DNA of 64,000 nt from Paraspadella gotoi (Eukaryota; Animalia; Chaetognatha): NCBI GenBank assembly GCA_051294375.1, contig CM119267.1, forward strand, positions 553,523-617,522, read 5' to 3'. The number at the start of each line of letters is the position of its first letter. Position 1 is the first letter of the stretch. The position numbers were made by a program, and so were the translations under genes. A model generated the notes under the pieces. It ran no database searches. It was not told the origin of the DNA and saw nothing but the letters and a program-made list of their open reading frames with translations. Shown here in pieces: positions 58,022 through 64,000 of the stretch.

Positions 58022-61000
58022 TGGCGAGGAAAAGGATCGGAGCGATGTCGAGGTTGAAAAAGATGTTTTTTTTTCTTCTAATTATTAATTATTATTTTAT
58101 CAGTAATTATGTAATAGAGAGCGTTTAACTTCTATAAATATGGGGGTTTGGATTAACATCATATACCCTTAACTATTATTTTTAATCAGAATAGATCATT
58201 ATTATTTAATTTCTAAAATTCCCAACTAAGACAACGGAACGGAAATCTCGGCCTCACACCAAAAGCGATTCGGCTTATCTCCCCAAGTCGATCTTCGATC
58301 GTCCGTCCCAAGCGCTCGTCCGGATGCGTCGCGAGGCGAGAGCCATGAAATCCAAGGGGGGAGGGAACTGGCCTGCCCTCCTCGCCGTCAAACAAGGTGA
58401 GTGTTCCAAGGCGGAGTGGATGACCGTATCCACTATCCAGGGCGAGGATGATGCCTTTAACCTTGTTTGCGTTCGTAAGCATTTAGACAAGGTAAATGGT
58501 TTCTTTAATAAATTGCTCATACGTACAGGAACTTCTGGCCTATGGAGCCACGGCGGCGGCGCCGGCGCATGGCGTTTTCCCCGGGGCCGACGCGGGAAGC
58601 GACGGCGGAAGACGCCGCAACGCCGCTTATCCGAATGGATGATCCACGAAGACTACGCCCTATTGAGGGCCATTCAGGTTCGGAGTGAATTATAGAGTGG
58701 GGATCTGCTTATCAGCAGATTCCTCACTCTATAATTCACTTTGTCGGTCCGTCGGTCAGCCCCCTCAATCTTGTCCGTCTGTCCGTCCATCCCCCTTAGC
58801 AAAAAATACGCAATTAACTCGTGATTGGATGGATGGATTGGAATGAAATGAAATTTTATGTATGGATAGGGAAGTGTGCGATTGAGCTGGATATGAAGTT
58901 TCGATGGAAAAAACAAAAAACCTGTTTCACTAATTGATTATGCTTCTTTTTCTTAAATGCAAGATGTATTAATTAATCAAATAATTAATCAGTTTTAATC
59001 GATTAATCAATTAATTAATAAATAATTAATCAATCAATTATTAAATCAATTTATTTAGTTATATATTAAATAATTATTCAATAATCAATTTATTTATATT
59101 TATTCAGTTTATATAGTTTGTATTAATTAATTAATTAATTACTGCTAATGATCGTAGGCAGATCTGACATTGTTTCTTTAATACCTCCTTCACTTTCCCT
59201 CTTCCCAGGGTCTGCTCGAGCTGCCCGCCAACCTGGTCGTCCTCTCTCCCGCGCAGACGCCCAACTTCGATCTCTTCGCTGACGTGGTCAACCCCTCCTC
59301 GCCATGCTATCGATCGCCCAAGGCCTGCAAACTCAGATACGACGAAGTCCTGCTGCACAGGGAGGACGGAAGGTCCGTTAGGTCGAGGGTGGCGCTGGAG
59401 GGGGTAGATAGTTTTGGGGCGTCTCGCAGAATCGCTTTCAATTTTCCACTAAAAATGTCTTATTTTGAATTTTGGTTGATTCTGTACAAAGATTTTACGG
59501 CAAGCATGTTAGAGGGGGGGAATGTTGTGGGCGATGCCGGCGGGCACCGGCTGTCTTGTGGAGCACTGGTCCTTCCAACGGGAAGACGCAGCAGTGTCAG
59601 ATAACTTCGTGTTCGACCACAGTGAAGCCCACTATGTAAGGATCTGCACATATAAATAAGAATAGGTTATTGGAGGAGACGATGATGGTTGGCGGCTGGC
59701 GCATCCCAGCCGGCTTATAAAATATATCGCTCACGTCGGCTGGAACAAAGAACAAATATGAATAATTAAAGACTCAATCTTAATTTTTAGTCAAATCTGC
59801 TTTCAGCGGATCCCGACTCTATAATTCACTTTGTCGGTCCGCCCCCTCAATCTTGTCGGGCATTCACTTATATCATGTCTGAACTTCGAATTATGATAAA
59901 TTATGCAAAAAAAAAAACGTTGTCCATCCGTCTGTCTGTCCGTCGTCCCACCTTAGCAAAATACACCAATTACTCGTGATTGGATGGATGTATTGGAATG
60001 AAATTTGTGTGTGGGTAGGGAAATGTGTGATTGAGCTGGATATAAAGTTTCGATGGAATCGTCCGAGTGAAATGAAAATAATTGAAAAAAAAAAAATAAT
60101 TTCACTATTGGAACACCAATTACTCATGGATGGGGCGATCGACTTTACATTTTGTATTTGGGTAAAAAAGTGTGTGATTAAACTGGAAATCAAGTTGCGA
60201 TGCAATCGTTTGAGTGGAAATGAGTTTAAATGGAAAAAACAAAGAACCTGTTACACTAATTGATTATACTTCTTTTTCTTTTTATTTTAAATGTAAATGC
60301 AAGATGTATTAATTAAATCAAATAATTAATCAGTTACTTAATCAATTAGTCAATTAATTAATCAATAATTAATTAATTCAGTCAATTAATCAATCAAAAC
60401 AAACATTTCGGATCAAATTAATAATTGCCTAATTAATTAAATAATTAACTTGAATAAATTAATTATTAATTAATAAAATAATTAATTAACTTGACTTAAT
60501 TATTAATTAATAATTAATTACCGATAATGATCGTGGGCAGATCCGACATTGTTTGCTCAAACTTGTTTTTAGTTTATTAAGTCCAAGAGAATCAGACTTC
60601 CATTCGCGAGATTCTGCTTCCTGCGGGATCTTTTCGTTTAAATTCTTTCGCCATTTAAATTGATTTATATTAAACTTTTAAGGAGCGGAAGCGGGACCCC
60701 ATTCGCGTCATCTTCCTTCAACGTCGGAAACGGCGATCTCGGTAATTCTTTCTCATCGCCCGACAATTCTCGATATCTAATTTTCTATCCATAGTTTTGA
60801 TTCATCAGATTCTCTCTCTCCCTCAGGCCTCTCCCCTGGCGGCCGAAAGAATTTGAAGAAGGTTCAAAAACACGGCGGCGGCGGCGCCGCCTTGACGTCG
60901 GCCTCGTCGACGTCGCTCTCCCGCGACGTCGCCGCCTCCGCCGCTCGTTTTAAATCTTCCCGAGAACGCCACGTCAGTGGAGATCCCGTCGCCGCCTCCG

Positions 61001-64000
61001 GTTGTCGCACCGCTCAGCTCTTCGCCCAGGACGGTGGAGTGGAACAGTCGCAGCACTTGCTGAGGTGAGTGGCGAATGTGTCAAGTTGTCTCAAATGGTA
61101 ATCGACGGCGATGAGGGATTACATAAGAAAGAGGGGATTATTGTGGGCGATCTCCTCTCTTCCGTATCTTATTTTTAAGATTATCTTTAAGATTATCTTA
61201 AGATTATCTTTAAGATTATCTCTCTCCTCTCTCCATATCTTATCAGATGCTTCGAAAATGTGGGGAAGATGTCCGCCAAGCGCGCCCAACAGCCTCCCCG
61301 CTCCCAAATGCCTCCAAACCTGACGAAGCATCCTTCGCACACGAGCGTCCTCGAGGAAAATCGCATCCAACACAAAGTTCCGCTCAATCCTGGAGAGATC
61401 GCCACCATCAGAGCCAATCGCATCGCGCAGGAGAAGAAAAAGGCTCAACTGGAGCAGCAGCAGCAGCAGCAAAGAGCGCTTTCCGTCGCGCAGCAGCCGC
61501 AGCAGCCGCCAAGACCGGTTCTGACGCCGACTCCGCAAACTCTGCAGCAGTCGAGCAGCGTGACGTCGCTCGTTTCCGCCGCAGCCAGTCCCGTCGGCTC
61601 CTCCTCTTCCTCCTCAATCTTATCCGCCGTTCCTACGTCGCCGGCCTTCGCCGCTGGCGCCGTCCAACGCGCGCCGGAACCGCGTCTTCAATCGGTGACG
61701 TCGACGCCGACTAAGGAAGTGCCGGTTGGTCAGGGCGGCGTCGTAAAAACCGCGCCCCCGATGCCCGCTTCGACGACGTCGACTCGCGTGGCGTCGCCGG
61801 CGACGGTCGCCCGGGCCACGCCCACTCCTCCATCTTCCGCGCCCTCGGTGGTTCAACCTCTCTCCGTAAACGTCAGTCTGCCGTCTCTGGCATCGATCCC
61901 GCCCGGACCGCCGGTTTTGCAACAGCAGCCGACTCACCAGCCGCTGCAGCAGTCGCTTCAGCCCCAGCAGCCACAAGTGATAGTGTCCAAAGTGAGCGCG
62001 GCTGCGTCGACTCCATCGTCGGCGCCATCTTCCTTCGCCACCGTCAGATCGCGCGCTTCGTCGCCGGTCGTTCCATCCCCAGGTCCGTCTCCGTCCGCGT
62101 CGCCCGTCATCCAACAGGGAAATCTGGCGCTTCTACAGCAACAACAACAGCAACGCGCGCAATTGGCGCAGATTGCTCAGCTAAGACAACAACAGCAAAC
62201 GTCGATCGCTCAGTTGGCGACAATTGTGACGCTGTCGTCGACGATGACAACGACGGCCTCATCCCTCGGCCGCGCCTTCCAGTCTGCGCAGAGGATCCAA
62301 TCCGGCGCGACCACGACTTTGACGCTTCAAGACATTCAACGCAGCGCCATTGTGGCGACCGGCGCCGCCGTTCCGGCCGTCGTCTCCAGCACCGGCGCCA
62401 CCATGCTCACTGCGCAACAGCAGGCTGCCGTGATGCAGCGGCTGCAAATCTCAGGCGCCGCGCCGTCTACCGTGGCGCAAGTACAGCAGCAACAGCAGCC
62501 GCAGCAACAGCAGCTTGCCGGCTCCGTCAAATGGAATCCTTCGACAGGCATCTCCCCTGCCGGCGCGCCTCCTTTGGTTCTCACCAAAGCCGGCGTCATC
62601 CCGAGACAACAGGCCATTCAGTTGAGACAAAATCAGTTGAAGACGTCGCCGGCGCCATCGGCCGGGGCCGCCGCCGCCGTCGTCGCCGCCGCTCAACCCA
62701 CCGTACTCAATCCTCAGCAACAGGCGATGCTGCAGAAACAGTTGACGCAAGCGGCGGTCTCTCAGCGCTTCCAACTGGCCAACAAAAAGATCAGCCTGAC
62801 ATCTGTAGGCCCCTCGGCCGGCGCCGTTATCAGCTCCATCGGCCAATCCGGCGCCGTAACGCCAGTAATGGCTGGCGGTGCTGCTGGCGCCGGACAGACC
62901 GCTCGTCTTGATGGCAATGGCGAACTCGCGTTGCTTATCAAGCAACAACAAGCCCGGGTGAGCGGGACGGGTGGCGCCACCCAGATCCAACTCACCGGTG
63001 CCTCAACGGGTCAGCTATCGACGGCTCAGCTGCTTCAGGCGCAGGTGATGTCATCGTCGGCGCAGGGCGTCGCCGCTGGATCCTCCACGGTTCAGTTGGC
63101 GCCGGGAGGAACGACCCTCGTCAAAACCGTAATGGCGCCGCAGGCCACAAGTCTTGGCGTCCAGGCCAACGTGGCGCTGACTCCCGTTTCCGGCAACAGC
63201 GTCTCCATCTCTCTCCCCACCGCAGCCACGCGATTGGCGCAGCAGGGTATCAGGGCGCAGCGGACCACCCTTACGCCACAGCAACAACAGCAGCAGCAGC
63301 AGCTGAAATTGATGATGTTGAAGCAGCATCAAAGAGCGCAGTTGCAACAACAGTTGCAGGTTAATTAATTAATTAATGGTGTATTTTTATTAATTGGTAA
63401 GATTTACATAAAATTACCGAGAAATAAACTGATAAAAAAACAAAAAACAAACAAACAAACAATTATAATGACAAGAATATCAACAACATCCCTCAGGTGC
63501 GCAAATCGACTCCCGGAACCGCGATTCAGTCGATCCAGGGACAACAGCAGTTGGTCAAGGCTGGAAATCTCGGAACTCTTCAGATAATCCAACAACCAGG
63601 TCTTTTCAGTCTTTTCAGTCTCCAATCAATCCTAACAGCACCATGTAGGAAAAATATTAGGTTGCCAAAACTTTCAACCAACTTAATTTTTTGGTTTAGG
63701 CTCGAGTCTTCCAGCCAAGGCTCAAGCCACCGTCACCGTTCAACAGTTTCAGCAAATCATGGCGCAGCAAAAGGCTCAACACCAACAGCAGCTGCTGCAG
63801 CAAATAATCAGCACGGTCGGGACTCAGTCCGTGCAACCGGCCGGGACTTCGGCCGGGGCGTCGCCGACCGTGCCGGGTCCTCAGATCATCTCCTCGACTC
63901 CGACCAATGCCACTCTTCAGCAGACGGCGTCGGGTCTCGGCGCGGCGCGTATCGTCCCTCAAAACGTCGCCGCTACCCTCCTGGCGCAGCATCAACAGGC
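45596..64000 (+). CDS. EP400: EP400/Domino-like SWR1-family chromatin remodeller; many exons, 3' end beyond the window
   Basis: ELFYLQ|[18 protein letters not shown] domain [35 protein letters not shown] and split SNF2 ATPase ([38 protein letters not shown]). Also [14 protein letters not shown]-like [11 protein letters not shown] and a Gln-rich tail. Confidence 0.88.
47088..47142 (+). ncRNA. Degenerate minimal type I hammerhead-ribozyme-like motif (probable retroelement relic)
   Basis: CTGAAGCG-CTGATGA-G CAACT C-GATA-CAGA...TCT-CTC-CGCTCCAG. Stem I pairs and the core order is correct, but GAAA>GATA and GTC>CTC. Confidence 0.45.
47178..48037. other. 425-bp duplication on both sides of a 10-N scaffold gap (probable assembly artefact)
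   Basis: 47178-47602 appears identical to 47613-48037, with Ns at 47603-47612. Confidence 0.85.
50110..50450. repeat. Pyrimidine-rich minisatellite (CTCTTTCCCTGACCCCTCCTC-like) in an EP400 intron
   Basis: About 14 imperfect tandem units. Confidence 0.85.
55901..56165 (-). repeat. Dispersed hairpin-rich ~260-bp repeat, copy 2 (EP400 intron)
   Basis: Reverse complement of 1346-1603. Confidence 0.85.
58697..59176 (+). mobile_element. HINE-like element copy B (internally deleted)
   Basis: Same head (GATCTGC..CAGCAGAT..CTCTATAATTCACTTTGTCGGTCC), GTCC microsatellite and tail as copy A. Confidence 0.7.
59511..59760 (+). mobile_element. Probable LTR retrotransposon relic (polypurine tract + LTR start)
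   Basis: AGAGGGGGGGAA is followed directly by TGTTGTGGGCGATG. The same TGTTGTGGGCGATG...GCCCACT pattern occurs at 33276. Confidence 0.4.
59784..60570 (+). mobile_element. HINE-like element copy C (near full length)
   Basis: Colinear and highly similar to 30511-31240 along its whole length. Confidence 0.75.

Overview
Eukaryotic (metazoan-type) genomic DNA with GC-rich exons and AT-rich introns. The + strand carries 15 consecutive co-oriented genes: PPM1H-like, POLQ, COPS5, ABHD4-like, ASB3-like, two PRDX5 copies, NME6, POLK, ANAPC7, a CHST15-like sulfotransferase, PRKRIP1, PASK, SIRT6 and an EP400/Domino-like gene that runs off the window. The main finding is on the - strand. Ten scattered exons (45327 down to 276), each lying in a gap between + strand genes, join with matching splice phases into one complete 444-aa divergent beta-tubulin. 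This 45-kb gene holds 14 antisense protein-coding genes in three introns: 11 in intron 1 (26.5 kb, GC-AG), 2 in intron 3 and 1 in intron 9. One guest is nested twice: the sulfotransferase lies in an ANAPC7 intron, which itself lies in tubulin intron 1. The guests are tightly packed and intron-poor, and most have an unpaired splice-acceptor-like site just before the ATG, which suggests operons with trans-splicing. The introns also contain Helentron-associated (HINE/DINE-1-like) repeats, MITEs, a LINE remnant, LTR remnants, a decayed hammerhead-ribozyme-like motif, an 18-bp minisatellite and a duplication at an assembly gap. All gene names come from motifs recognised by eye; no database search was run.
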